Part shown: in pieces, positions 38,001-47,738 of the stretch
Layout of the letters: each line of letters begins with the position of its first letter
How positions within the stretch are numbered: position 1 is the first letter of the stretch
Notes under the pieces: generated by a model
Database searches by the model: none
What the model saw: only the letters and a program-made list of their open reading frames with translations
What the model was told of the DNA's origin: nothing
IMG/VR virus record: IMGVR_UViG_3300045988_106448
Origin: a virus
Direction: 5' to 3' (one strand)
DNA length: 64,000 bases
Translations under genes and position numbers: made by a program

Positions 38001-38639
38001 TTAAGCCTGCACGGGTACTAAAGCGGTTGTTTCAACGGTTTCCGGGGCGGTTTCCGCAACCACAACGCCGGGGTTATACGTTTGTAGTGCCGGGTGCATT
38101 TCGGCAACGGGTACCAACCCCAAAGCCTTGTTAGCACGTGCAATTTTGCGGTTTAGGCTCGCAATGCGCTTGCGTATTGCTTTAGCTTCGGGCTTGCTTA
38201 ACGCCTTGTATTCCTCGGTTGCAACGAAAGCGGTTTTTTGTTCCAGTTCGGCGGTGTACATGGTCAGGCGGGTTTGTGCGTCGGGGCGTTTCGTGCCCGT
38301 GGCGGCTTTTTCCTTTTTGGCTTTCGGTGCCTTCTTTGGTTGCGGTTCTGCAACGCAACCGGGGTTGCTCTTAACAAATACCGTGTAGGCGGCGCACATT
38401 TCGGCGTACATGGTTCCTAATTTGGCTTTACCTAGTTTAACGTTAGGTTTATTCTTGGGTAGTGCCTCGGCGGTTGGGTTAATGGCGGTTAAGGTGTTGT
38501 ACACGGCTAACACTTCCTTTAGTAACAATTGCGCCGGGGTTTTCATTGGGTTTTCAAGTATTTCAGTGTTTACACTGTAAGCGTTTACAACTACGTTTTC
38601 AACTTGTTTTGCGGTGGTGTTTTCAACTTGTGTTTTCAT
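38001..38639 (-). CDS. hypothetical protein with a Lys/Ala/Pro-rich segment
   Basis: PQPKKAPKAKKEKAATGTKRP segment. Confidence 0.4.
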   Translation of the reverse strand: MKTQVENTTAKQVENVVVNAYSVNTEILENPMKTPAQLLLKEVLAVYNTLTAINPTAEALPKNKPNVKLGKAKLGTMYAEMCAAYTVFVKSNPGCVAEPQPKKAPKAKKEKAATGTKRPDAQTRLTMYTAELEQKTAFVATEEYKALSKPEAKAIRKRIASLNRKIARANKALGLVPVAEMHPALQTYNPGVVVAETAPETVETTALVPVQA

Positions 38640-38768
38640 AATGTTTAGTTTTTAATTGTTTATTGTTTGTTTTGGGTGGGGGCTTTGTGCCCCCTGTTTG
38701 TTATTACAAATGTACAACTTTTATTTGTATCTGCAATGAAATTTAAGATATTTTCTTAATAATTTCGG

Positions 38769-39356
38769 TTATTCAAGCGTTATCCTGTAATAGGTTTCCA
38801 ATACCCGTGCGAAAATGGCATTAATAGCGGGTGAAAACGCTTTTACAAGAGTATTCTCGAGCAAGTACGTTTCCTCAAAGTACTCCCGCAATAATTGTAC
38901 TCCCATGCGGAGATCGGCGGCATCCGTGCAACAAAAGTACGGGAAAATAAAGTTTACAATATAATTGGCAGCGGGCGAAAAATCACCATGCCCCGGGGCG
39001 AACACGGGGTTTGTACCTAATTGCGCTTGTAAAGCCGTTGTAATGGTGTTTACCGCTTGTTTGGTGGCGTACAAATCTACCCGCCTGTTAAGCAAATAAG
39101 GCGTTAAGCGTTTACGCACGTAATTAGCCGGGGTAACGGGGTACCCGAGCGGGCACAGTACCACGCTATTCGGAGTTACCCGTATTAGGGTGTACGGCAC
39201 GGGGCATTTACCGTGCACAAAATACACCGCCATACCGGGTTGAATTAAGGTTTGCAAAGCGTAGGCAAATGTAGGGAGTTCCCCCTTAACGGGTGCGGTT
39301 GCGTTGTTTATAACTTGTTGCGGGTTAAACGTGTTTAGGGTGTTGTATGTTGCCAT
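38769..39356 (-). CDS. hypothetical protein
   Basis: ORF only. Confidence 0.4.
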   Translation of the reverse strand: MATYNTLNTFNPQQVINNATAPVKGELPTFAYALQTLIQPGMAVYFVHGKCPVPYTLIRVTPNSVVLCPLGYPVTPANYVRKRLTPYLLNRRVDLYATKQAVNTITTALQAQLGTNPVFAPGHGDFSPAANYIVNFIFPYFCCTDAADLRMGVQLLREYFEETYLLENTLVKAFSPAINAIFARVLETYYRITLE

Positions 39357-39479
39357 TTTATTTAAGTTTTAAAGGTTATTACTGTTTGTTACCGGGGCTA
39401 GCCCCGTTGTGTTATTTGCATATACAAATATAATACAATTATTTGGTACTACAATAAGTTAGCACAATTAATTCAACTT

Positions 39480-40001
39480 TTAGGGCTTATTTATATCCAT
39501 TATAAACAATTCCAGCGGGTAGCGGCTATTGTATAACCGGGGGTTATTGGTTATGCGGATTAGGTATAACAAAAAGTTATTCTTAATATTATTGCAGCCG
39601 TTAAGGCTGCATATACAGGCGTGCCACCTATACGGGCACACGGGGGTCGTATAGCCCGGTAGGGGCGTTATTGGGGTGTAAAGGGTGTAACAGGTAGGCG
39701 GGGTATATTGGGACGTGCCGTGGATACCAAAACGAGCGGGAATTAATTTTGCTCCTAGCCAACCGGGGTAAAAATATTTTGGGGCATAACTTTTGGTTAT
39801 CGGGGTATAACTAAAAGTTATAGGAGTAAGGGGTAACGGACGTGGAGGGGGCGTGGTAACTACACGTACCCACAGGGGAATAGGGTGGGAACGAATGCGG
39901 GGTTGCCCCTGACAGGGGGTTATATTAGGGAATGGAATTGGTTTTGGGCGGTACCCGATAAAAACATTTTGGGCAACCCACAGCCCGATAGGGCTACGCA
40001 T
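39480..40001 (-). CDS. doubtful ORF (Pro/Thr/Tyr-rich) lying in hairpin-rich DNA
   Basis: YTPIT-type repeats; the DNA carries repeated ataacttttggttat / tataactaaaagttata inverted repeats. Confidence 0.2.
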   Translation of the reverse strand: MRSPIGLWVAQNVFIGYRPKPIPFPNITPCQGQPRIRSHPIPLWVRVVTTPPPRPLPLTPITFSYTPITKSYAPKYFYPGWLGAKLIPARFGIHGTSQYTPPTCYTLYTPITPLPGYTTPVCPYRWHACICSLNGCNNIKNNFLLYLIRITNNPRLYNSRYPLELFIMDINKP

Positions 40002-41388
40002 ACAGGGGCTAGTAATAGTATAGGGTAATAGGGTACACGGGTATCGAGGGGAGGTGTACGGGGTGTTTTGAGGGGTGCGGTTTAGGGTAGTTTGAGAGGT
40101 TGATAGGGTGTTACGGGCGGGGTTGATAGGGTAATTTGAGCGGTTTGGTTTAACCGCTAGGAACGTTTTTACGAGTGGTTATTTGGGGTATTTTGAGCGG
40201 TTTTGTTGCGGGCGTGTTTCCCAATACTAGCGCCAAAGCACGCAACACCCTCCCAATCCTTCCCCACTCAACCGCCCTGTAACCCCGCCAACAAGTCTCC
40301 ACAGTTTACCCCCGTCCATTACCCCTCTACCCTATGCCCGTGCCATGCCCCACGGTTATACTGATAACGTGCGGGCTTGTGTGTAGTTGGTGGGTGCGCT
40401 GCGTGTCCACGGCGCACCCGTGGAATGCGTGTGCCCGGTTTACAGACTGTAAGCAAAACCACCGCAAAAAGTTACAAATTGTAATCATTGCTAGGTATTA
40501 CAATATATAAGCAAAACGGGTCATTTTGATTACAAATTGTAAGTTTAGGGATAAAATACGGATGCGGTTTTACCCGCCAAACATAGCCCCTAACAGATCG
40601 GAGAGAGTGTCACGGAGGGGTACACCACCCCCTCCCCCGGAGATCATGAACGTCGTGTAAATCCGGAAGCTACAATAGACGGCGTAAAGGGCTCGTGGAG
40701 GCAAAGAAAGGAACCTCCCCGAATAAAACCCCCGAGAGCAACCTCCTAATCCTATACAGACATTATAGAGATCTCCAAGAAACCCCTGACTCCCATCCCT
40801 AATCCCATTGAAACACGTCAGTCATTTGCAGTAGAACCCCTGAGAATAATCCTCAACCTCCTCCCCCGAAAACCAACCCCAACAATATATCTGGAGAACC
40901 CCTTGTCGAAACCCTGATACCTACCCCTGCCTCTATTACCCCATGTAGCCCTATACCCCTACCCCATGTCATCAGTATCCAAAACACATTTTCTTTTTGT
41001 GATAACCTACTCCACCCCCGGATGATTACACGTGGAGAATCCTAGCGTCGATAAATCCTAAAACCGAATTTTCAAATTTTTAGAAATTCCGCCTGATCCG
41101 AAATTGTCATTTACCGATTTCACGGATGGTGTTGGAAGTCGGCTCGGTAGATGACACGCTTCTCCTACACACCCCTCTCCACGCCTCTTTTCGTCTAGAA
41201 AGAGAATAACACGGGTGTCGACACGTGGACATACTGTTTGTCCACGGTGAAATAACGGATTCACTCTGAAGTCACATCGGTAATTGGGAACGTGATAGGA
41301 ACCCTCCTATCGAATTCCTATACCCCTCCCCGCACCACTATCGTTCCCGTCAGAATATCATATCATCGACAGATTTTCCTATCCAAAA
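40002..41388. other. approximately 1.4 kb ORF-free control region: degenerate 21-23 bp direct repeats, palindromes, and a switch from G-rich to C-rich composition; candidate origin or divergent promoter region
   Basis: No ORF of 60 aa or more apart from one implausible minus-strand ORF; repeats of the form GGTnnTTTGAGnGGTTGATAG; the palindrome ttacaa-a-ttgtaa occurs twice. Confidence 0.55.
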
Positions 41389-41469
41389 TTGCAACTCTCC
41401 ACGTCGACACGGCGTATAGGGGTTGTATTTAATCGCCTGTTGGCACTAACACTTAAAACGAGAAAGATT

Positions 41470-42090
41470 ATGACAGACAATCAAGCACTCAATCTTGGCA
41501 TGGCAATGCACCTCCTATTCAACTCTCTAAGCTACGGTCGCGACATCGTAAACAAATCCATGGAATGCCACAGCCATGACCGTAACAACACGGTCACGAT
41601 CAACTACTCCTTCATCGGTGGACACCTCACTATCAATTGGGTCACCGTGGGTGATAACAGAGATGACGACATGACCATTGCTCTGCGACGGATGGTTGCC
41701 ACACTCGAGGATGGGGAGGACTCTACCACGCCCCTGTTCAACATCGATCGATGCAACGGTCTTTACAATAGTCCATTCCACACCCTAGCGGATGACGAGA
41801 AGGAATGGGCACGTGAAACCATAGCAAATCACAACACCACGTATCAGCAGTGTTCACTTTCTATCATCGGTCGTGGACTGCCTCCGAGCACGCCAAAACA
41901 TTCCCCCACGTTGACACCTTCCTATTTACAGCATCAACGCATGAAACTTGCCACGAAACTCTATTCCCAATTCCTCAGTGAGTACACGGGTTCGATCGCT
42001 GACGTGGAGGATGACAGCAAGAAATTGGCATCCGTAGCCGTGGCATCGGCTGATATACTTATCAACCAACTTAAATCTCAGGAATCATGA
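41470..42090 (+). CDS. hypothetical protein
   Basis: Start set at the Met with the aaagattATG context (ORF opens at 41389). Confidence 0.4.
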   Translation: MTDNQALNLGMAMHLLFNSLSYGRDIVNKSMECHSHDRNNTVTINYSFIGGHLTINWVTVGDNRDDDMTIALRRMVATLEDGEDSTTPLFNIDRCNGLYNSPFHTLADDEKEWARETIANHNTTYQQCSLSIIGRGLPPSTPKHSPTLTPSYLQHQRMKLATKLYSQFLSEYTGSIADVEDDSKKLASVAVASADILINQLKSQES

Positions 42091-42365
42091 CAAATCATCA
42101 AATTCAAGAAAATTTTACATTTCCTCAGGAAACATATCAGGCGATTGGCGTGACGTACTATCGCAAGATACCCCCACGGGGCACTATAACCGGACCGATA
42201 ATAGTATCAGCGTGGGTAACGGTGAAAACGAAGTACCAACTGAACTCCCTATTCATCACTGAACTCGCACGAGAACAGATTCCAGACTTCGATAGATTAT
42301 TTCATCCGGAAAGTTATAACACCCCGGCGGCAAACGAACGTTTAACTCGATTACATCTGTTGTGA
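42087..42365 (+). CDS. hypothetical protein
   Basis: ORF only. Confidence 0.35.
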   Translation: MTNHQIQENFTFPQETYQAIGVTYYRKIPPRGTITGPIIVSAWVTVKTKYQLNSLFITELAREQIPDFDRLFHPESYNTPAANERLTRLHLL

Positions 42366-42366
42366 T

Positions 42367-42504
42367 ATGGACGCTAAAAATTTTCGCAAGCAATTGATAG
42401 AAGTGGTTCAGTTCCTAATCCTTGGATTAATCCTAGTTCTAGGCGGCATGGTGATAGGCTTCGTTTTCGTGAAGGGCATGGACATTTTAATAGGTTTTAG
42501 ATAA
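42367..42504 (+). CDS. small membrane protein, 45 aa, first member of the tandem array
   Basis: MDAKNFRKQLIEVVQFLILGLILVLGGMVIGFVFVKGMDILIGFR; its stop TAA overlaps the next ATG (taATG). Confidence 0.4.
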   Translation: MDAKNFRKQLIEVVQFLILGLILVLGGMVIGFVFVKGMDILIGFR

Positions 42505-42755
42505 TGAGAAAGAGAAATAGACGCCTTACCCCTGATGACATTCAGCAAATCATCGTGTTTGGCTGCATGATAATCGGCATAATTGTCACTCACCTATTCT
42601 ACACGCCGTGGTCAGAAATATTTAACGAACACCCGTTCTTCACGGCGTGTTGGGGCATCATCGTGTACACGTTCGCTGGATTGATATTCGGTGAAGTGGT
42701 AGGCATCATCCTATGGTTGTTTTATGACTGCATAACTGATGATAGTATTGATTAA
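42504..42755 (+). CDS. small 2-TM membrane protein with an acidic C-tail (array member)
   Basis: ...TPWSEIF...; ends FYDCITDDSID. Confidence 0.55.
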   Translation: MRKRNRRLTPDDIQQIIVFGCMIIGIIVTHLFYTPWSEIFNEHPFFTACWGIIVYTFAGLIFGEVVGIILWLFYDCITDDSID

Positions 42756-42776
42756 TAACAAGAAAAAGGAAAAATA

Positions 42777-43016
42777 ATGGAAAATGGATACAAAGACCTC
42801 GGTATAAAAACGTTCGCATGGTGCTGGATCATCTGTGCCATTATCGGTAACATGATAATGTTACCGTGGAGCGAAATATTCGCCGGACAGCACTCCCTAC
42901 TCGACATCGTGTGGAATGTTTTCGTCATCAGCTTATGTAGCTTTTTCGTGGCGGTAGCCCTTGCGATATTTATCGACATACTGTGCGAAGATGATGATGG
43001 TACAAGCGGTTATTAA
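42777..43016 (+). CDS. small 2-TM membrane protein with an acidic C-tail (array member)
   Basis: ...LPWSEIF... shared with the previous member; ends LCEDDDGTSGY. Confidence 0.55.
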   Translation: MENGYKDLGIKTFAWCWIICAIIGNMIMLPWSEIFAGQHSLLDIVWNVFVISLCSFFVAVALAIFIDILCEDDDGTSGY

Positions 43017-43028
43017 TAAATAAAGATT

Positions 43029-43235
43029 ATGAAAATAGATTGGGTTTTCGTTAGATACATTACTATCGGCATCGTGGCTGGAATACTCGTGTTTAACGGC
43101 ATAGGAGAAAACGTATGGAGACTAGAAGAGCCTCCCTATTTATTTCTAACCGGGCTGTCAGCGTTGGGCGGCTTCTTCGGGTGGATGTTTGGATATATTG
43201 CTTATGATTCTAAAGATGATAATTATGACTACTGA
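43029..43235 (+). CDS. small 2-TM membrane protein with an acidic C-tail (array member)
   Basis: LGGFFGWMFGYIAYDSKDDNYDY. Confidence 0.55.
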   Translation: MKIDWVFVRYITIGIVAGILVFNGIGENVWRLEEPPYLFLTGLSALGGFFGWMFGYIAYDSKDDNYDY

Positions 43236-43452
43236 AAAGAAATTTATATTTGTAGGAGCCGTGGTGGGCTTCATTCTAGTACTGTTAATCATACTGATCC
43301 CTATGTGGTATTGCGCTGAGGATTTGCATGATAGTGAACAGCTAATTAAACTATGCACGGGAACGGCGGTTTTCGTGGTGTTGGGAGCGTTCTTTGGCGG
43401 ATTTGGAGGTTGGGGCTTGTACGATATGATGACCGATGATTCTTTAAACTGA
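43216..43452 (+). CDS. small 2-TM membrane protein with an acidic C-tail (array member)
   Basis: LGAFFGGFGGWGLYDMMTDDSLN; start taken at an internal Met, overlapping the stop of the previous gene. Confidence 0.5.
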   Translation: MIIMTTEKKFIFVGAVVGFILVLLIILIPMWYCAEDLHDSEQLIKLCTGTAVFVVLGAFFGGFGGWGLYDMMTDDSLN

Positions 43453-43458
43453 TGAATT

Positions 43459-43665
43459 ATGAAGAAGAAAAATTACTCGTTAGCGGGGCTAATTATAGGG
43501 CTCGTATTCATTAACGCTCTGTTTATTCCTATATGGTTTATCACGGACGATTGGCAATATGACACCAACAAATTATTCAAATTGATTTATGGCATGATTA
43601 TCATGAATCTAGGATTCGGAGCGTTAGGTTTGGTTGCCGGGTGGGGGTTGAGCCAGGATGATTAA
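43459..43665 (+). CDS. small 2-TM membrane protein with an acidic C-tail (array member)
   Basis: LGFGALGLVAGWGLSQDD. Confidence 0.55.
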   Translation: MKKKNYSLAGLIIGLVFINALFIPIWFITDDWQYDTNKLFKLIYGMIIMNLGFGALGLVAGWGLSQDD

Positions 43666-43723
43666 TTATTGAACCAGAATTTTAGGATGTTTCCTTGGGA
43701 TTCCTATTTTTACCGCTAACTTT

Positions 43724-44335
43724 GTGGCGTTAACTAATAAGACAAACATTATGAGAACAGTCAAAGACAATTTTTCAAAGGTACGTAGAATTTATCTATG
43801 CAGTAACTCACGGCTAAAGATGCCTTTTGAAAAGGCGATACAACAAATCAGAGCGGTTGATTCTGATGCTGAAATCATTAATATTTCGGATTATCAACGT
43901 AAGGAAATAAAATCGCTTGTTGCTAATTACGATGAAGTTGTGTTAATATCAGACAATTTAAAAAGCATGAACACGGCGGGTGTAACCTTCCTATTATTGG
44001 AACAGAATTACTCTACTGGGTATTTCTTTGACATGATAGATAAAATTATGTATCTTTCCGAGGATGATGCTGTTTTCTTCGAAAAGTACTATTATTTACA
44101 AAATTCTATCCAGATGGAAAAGAATCATGTAAACGATGGCATTAATTCATTTTATCTATCATCTGGAAGTTTCCACACGTTATATGCTTGCGTGTATGAC
44201 CTTGATAATATCAATGAAAACACGAAAAACAATTTATTCAGTTTTATTGAAGACCCTCGTGAAGTTTATCTGATACCCTGCCGTGACGTTTCAGATTTAA
44301 CAGTATTAGCAAATTTTGAAAATTACGATAAATAA
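43724..44335 (+). CDS. hypothetical protein
   Basis: ORF only. Confidence 0.4.
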   Translation: MALTNKTNIMRTVKDNFSKVRRIYLCSNSRLKMPFEKAIQQIRAVDSDAEIINISDYQRKEIKSLVANYDEVVLISDNLKSMNTAGVTFLLLEQNYSTGYFFDMIDKIMYLSEDDAVFFEKYYYLQNSIQMEKNHVNDGINSFYLSSGSFHTLYACVYDLDNINENTKNNLFSFIEDPREVYLIPCRDVSDLTVLANFENYDK

Positions 44336-44627
44336 AATTATGTCAGGAGTACACATTTTATATCAGAAGAGTTGCCGTTGCGTTGAAGCGATACAGTATG
44401 ACGGGAAAAACGGCAGGGACATTAACAAGTGGCTCAAGGAATCTACCAATGGAGCCGCCGTGGTGGCGTTCGACGAAGTCGACGTTGAGATTATCATTAA
44501 TGACGGAGAAGACCGCCTCCTCCATGCTATACCGGGCGATTGGGTGGTATATGAAGAATGTCCCATTGGTAGCACTCCAGAAGTATGGGTGATGCCTAAC
44601 GTGGATAGAGTAGAACATTTTAAATAA
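44316..44627 (+). CDS. hypothetical protein
   Basis: ORF only. Confidence 0.35.
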   Translation: MKITINKIMSGVHILYQKSCRCVEAIQYDGKNGRDINKWLKESTNGAAVVAFDEVDVEIIINDGEDRLLHAIPGDWVVYEECPIGSTPEVWVMPNVDRVEHFK

Positions 44628-44635
44628 CATGAATT

Positions 44636-45025
44636 ATGACAAAGCCTTATTACATGAGACCGAAACCCACGACAGTTCCTTCCAATATGAACGCATGGGT
44701 TGACCTGCAAAGTTTCTGTGTTCATCGTGTGTCACACACGGCAGAGAAGCAATCCCGTTTCCTATGTCGCCTCGGTACTGATGGCACCCCGTGTAAACAC
44801 GTGAATTGTCCTCTGAAAGACGTTCAGCTAGGCACGGACAACCTCGAGAAACTGTATCAAGAAATGCTAAGCATCGAGGAAGAGTTCGTGAGTTATGACC
44901 CCGCTACCGGAAAGCGTAATAACGCCAGACCGATAGCACTGAAACACATGACGCATGATCCTATCATCATGAAGCAATTGAAAGCCTACATTAAGATACG
45001 GAAGGAGGATGTCGATGAATCGTAA
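44636..45025 (+). CDS. hypothetical Cys/His-rich protein
   Basis: ORF only. Confidence 0.35.
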   Translation: MTKPYYMRPKPTTVPSNMNAWVDLQSFCVHRVSHTAEKQSRFLCRLGTDGTPCKHVNCPLKDVQLGTDNLEKLYQEMLSIEEEFVSYDPATGKRNNARPIALKHMTHDPIIMKQLKAYIKIRKEDVDES

Positions 45026-45566
45026 AGAACTCGTAGCCGCTCTTAAACAGTTGGTAATACAAAGACCAGATTATCGTATCGTTGCAACGCCCTTGGCGTC
45101 CACGTGGCTAAGCCCGGAAATGAATCCGGTGTTAACTTATCCCTATCGTGCTCCTAACTTTAAAGAAATTTCCAAGTACATCATAGAAATATGTAATAAA
45201 TTGGGTGTAGGATTTGGAACGTCCAAAATTCCTTCCGGTGGTGAATTGCTTGCCAGATGGGAGTTCGACATGACGCCTTTCGACGTAATTGATAAGAAAG
45301 ACTATATCGAAAACATGATACGTTGCCTCCTACCAGAATGTCGCATTAAAATGCACTATCAGTATAGTTCCACGTTCACGGGCATCGTAGTTGGGGTACG
45401 TGATGATTGTTTGCAGTTAAATGTCATTAAAGATAATGATCAGATGTTTTACGGTGAGGTTTCCATGAGGGATATTGAAGATATCGATTTGGAACATGGG
45501 AAGGTAGCGTTACTTCCAGATGCCATTATTAGTTTGACGGCACTTGAACGATTAAGATATATGTGA
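45009..45566 (+). CDS. hypothetical protein
   Basis: ORF only. Confidence 0.4.
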   Translation: MSMNRKELVAALKQLVIQRPDYRIVATPLASTWLSPEMNPVLTYPYRAPNFKEISKYIIEICNKLGVGFGTSKIPSGGELLARWEFDMTPFDVIDKKDYIENMIRCLLPECRIKMHYQYSSTFTGIVVGVRDDCLQLNVIKDNDQMFYGEVSMRDIEDIDLEHGKVALLPDAIISLTALERLRYM

Positions 45567-45606
45567 GATTTTACGGATAAATCCTTGCACTCCTAATTTA
45601 AGGTGT

Positions 45607-45614
45607 TACATTTG
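45607..45614 (+). promoter_or_regulatory. -7 box TACATTTG
   Basis: 22 nt upstream of the ATG at 45636. Confidence 0.45.
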
Positions 45615-45635
45615 TACTATAAACACTGAAAAACT

Positions 45636-46106
45636 ATGAAGAAATTCAAATTGCAGACGATAACCATAGAGGGGGTAGACGGTACAACCCACACCCTACA
45701 AATGACCTCTCTTAGATACTCTCAAAGCGGTGAAGTTACAATAGTGGGGCAGTTAACCGACCAATCCAGTATTGATTACATAAACGAGCCGTTGGACATT
45801 CCAAAGGGCAAACTTCGCCCGACCATGTGGTGCAGCGCACTAGTACGGTTTAATCTAGACGGCGTTCGTAGGACTGCCGCCATAACGCATACCACGTGCC
45901 GGGCGTGGCGTATCATCAATCTGGATTTAGGAGTGGCATGGGTTCCGGCGAACGCTTTCAGATGGTCAGAATCCTCTAAACAATTCATTCTTAACCCCGG
46001 TTACGAACCTGATTTCACTACGGATGTTGCCGAAGGTATGATGCAATACCCGTATCGTATGGAAGTTGAATCCGAGGAATTACGTTACGATTATAAAATA
46101 GATTAA
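45636..46106 (+). CDS. hypothetical protein
   Basis: ORF only. Confidence 0.4.
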   Translation: MKKFKLQTITIEGVDGTTHTLQMTSLRYSQSGEVTIVGQLTDQSSIDYINEPLDIPKGKLRPTMWCSALVRFNLDGVRRTAAITHTTCRAWRIINLDLGVAWVPANAFRWSESSKQFILNPGYEPDFTTDVAEGMMQYPYRMEVESEELRYDYKID

Positions 46107-46107
46107 T

Positions 46108-46674
46108 ATGGTTAAAGCAATACGTATTACAAGCCTGTACGGAGTTGACCCTCATGACCCTCCTATTACAGAAAGTAAATCTTTTGAAACCGCTTCTACA
46201 ATTGAAGAATTAGGACAGAAGTTGACAGGGATTTACGCATCAATGTATCGCCAACATTTTCAATGGGATTTGATTCTTAGAGATGACTATCGTATCATTC
46301 ATGTTATTGGTACAGAATCCACTTTTATTAACCCCACAAGCAAAACAGGTTCGGGTTGCCATTTAAAAATTTCTGATTACTTCTTAATTATAGGAGAAGA
46401 AGATATCTATTCAGATACGAATGCTTGTGCTGAAGAAATTGCTGAAAAAGAAGAAGAGGAATATACAAAAGCATATCAAAGAGAAGTAAAACGAATAGCA
46501 GAAGCCTGTAACGAAATTAACCAGAACGAAGAGGCTCGTAGTTGGGCTGAATGGTGGATTGATAAGCATACACCATGGATAGGTGAATTAATGCTAAAAG
46601 GAAGTTTTCACGACCTCCTAACAGAAGTTATTATGAACGTTTATAAAAGATTGAAAGATGTGGATCAAGATTAA
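46108..46674 (+). CDS. hypothetical protein
   Basis: ORF only. Confidence 0.4.
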   Translation: MVKAIRITSLYGVDPHDPPITESKSFETASTIEELGQKLTGIYASMYRQHFQWDLILRDDYRIIHVIGTESTFINPTSKTGSGCHLKISDYFLIIGEEDIYSDTNACAEEIAEKEEEEYTKAYQREVKRIAEACNEINQNEEARSWAEWWIDKHTPWIGELMLKGSFHDLLTEVIMNVYKRLKDVDQD

Positions 46675-47011
46675 TGGAACTCCGGTGCAAGCCATGGACA
46701 TTGAAGAAGTTTGTGTTTTTAATTGGTGGGACACAAAGCGTGTGTTAAACATGGATGCCTTTACACTGGAGGAATTTGAAACCAAATATCCAAACCACAT
46801 GACTTCTTATTTCGTGGTTGTTTACATGAAGCCACAATCTACTGGAGTTAATTCGTGGTCGAGAATGAAATATTTCTCAAAGCCTTTTCCAACACGTTGG
46901 GAAGCGGAACAAGTACGTGATGAACTCCTAACCAAACTGAATACGATAGAAGTTCAAATAGAAAACTTTAGTATTAACCCAAGACCAAAACAAAATGACA
47001 TCGAAAATTGA
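46658..47011 (+). CDS. hypothetical protein
   Basis: ORF only. Confidence 0.35.
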   Translation: MWIKINGTPVQAMDIEEVCVFNWWDTKRVLNMDAFTLEEFETKYPNHMTSYFVVVYMKPQSTGVNSWSRMKYFSKPFPTRWEAEQVRDELLTKLNTIEVQIENFSINPRPKQNDIEN

Positions 47012-47546
47012 ACCTATGAACTCAGCCCGGCTTAAACCCTTCAAAGCGTGGATGCTCACCTTTGAATGGCTCACGATAGTGGTCGTGGTTATTATTCTTA
47101 CGATGATCGCTCGATCGTGTGAGGAAGAACACATGGAATCATTATTTGCCGAATACGATGCCCCGGTAATAAATACTGATAGCCTGTCTTTGGCTGATAG
47201 CGTGTACACGTGTATTTTCTTGCTTAGGATAGAACACCCTGACATCGTGATGGCACAATGTATAGAAGAAAGCGGAGGATTTACTTCCCTACTGTTTAAA
47301 GAGGGAAACAACTGTACCGGAATGCGTGTACCCGCTCAACGCCCAACGTTAGCAACCGGAGCACTATACAATCATGCCCGTTTTGCCTCGTGGCGGGAAT
47401 GCCTAGCCGATTACGCTATTTGGCAAAGCATTTATGCCCGTGGGCTAACAAGGGAGGATTATCTGGCTTATTTAGACCGTGTTTACGCCGAGAAGAAAGG
47501 GTATAGCGAAAGACTGAAGAAAATTATTAACGATAAAAATTTGTGA
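46995..47546 (+). CDS. Endolysin: glucosaminidase (GH73/FlgJ-like) peptidoglycan hydrolase with an N-terminal signal-anchor
   Basis: TM WMLTFEWLTIVVVVIILTMIA; catalytic region QCIEESGGFTSLLFKEGNNCTGMRV (E-S-G...NN.fG pattern of the glucosaminidase family). Confidence 0.6.
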   Translation: MTSKIEPMNSARLKPFKAWMLTFEWLTIVVVVIILTMIARSCEEEHMESLFAEYDAPVINTDSLSLADSVYTCIFLLRIEHPDIVMAQCIEESGGFTSLLFKEGNNCTGMRVPAQRPTLATGALYNHARFASWRECLADYAIWQSIYARGLTREDYLAYLDRVYAEKKGYSERLKKIINDKNL

Positions 47547-47549
47547 ACC

Positions 47550-47738
47550 ATGTTTGAACAAAAATTAGTAAGAGTTGAGAATAATGATATGGAAGAATTG
47601 AATTCTCTATTAGAAGATGGATGGATTATTAAGAGTATGTCTGCCTGTGGTACCGGAGCGGATGGAGGAAGCCGTCCTAGATATGGAAGTAGCTATTGTT
47701 ACGTTTGGTTAGAAAGGAGGGCACATGAAGGCAATTAA
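47550..47738 (+). CDS. hypothetical small protein
   Basis: ORF only. Confidence 0.3.
   Translation: MFEQKLVRVENNDMEELNSLLEDGWIIKSMSACGTGADGGSRPRYGSSYCYVWLERRAHEGN

Noticed and set aside
41058-41264. 68-aa minus-strand ORF inside the 40-41.4 kb region
   Set aside because: It lies in strongly skewed low-complexity DNA with no start context. It is kept as part of the non-coding region.
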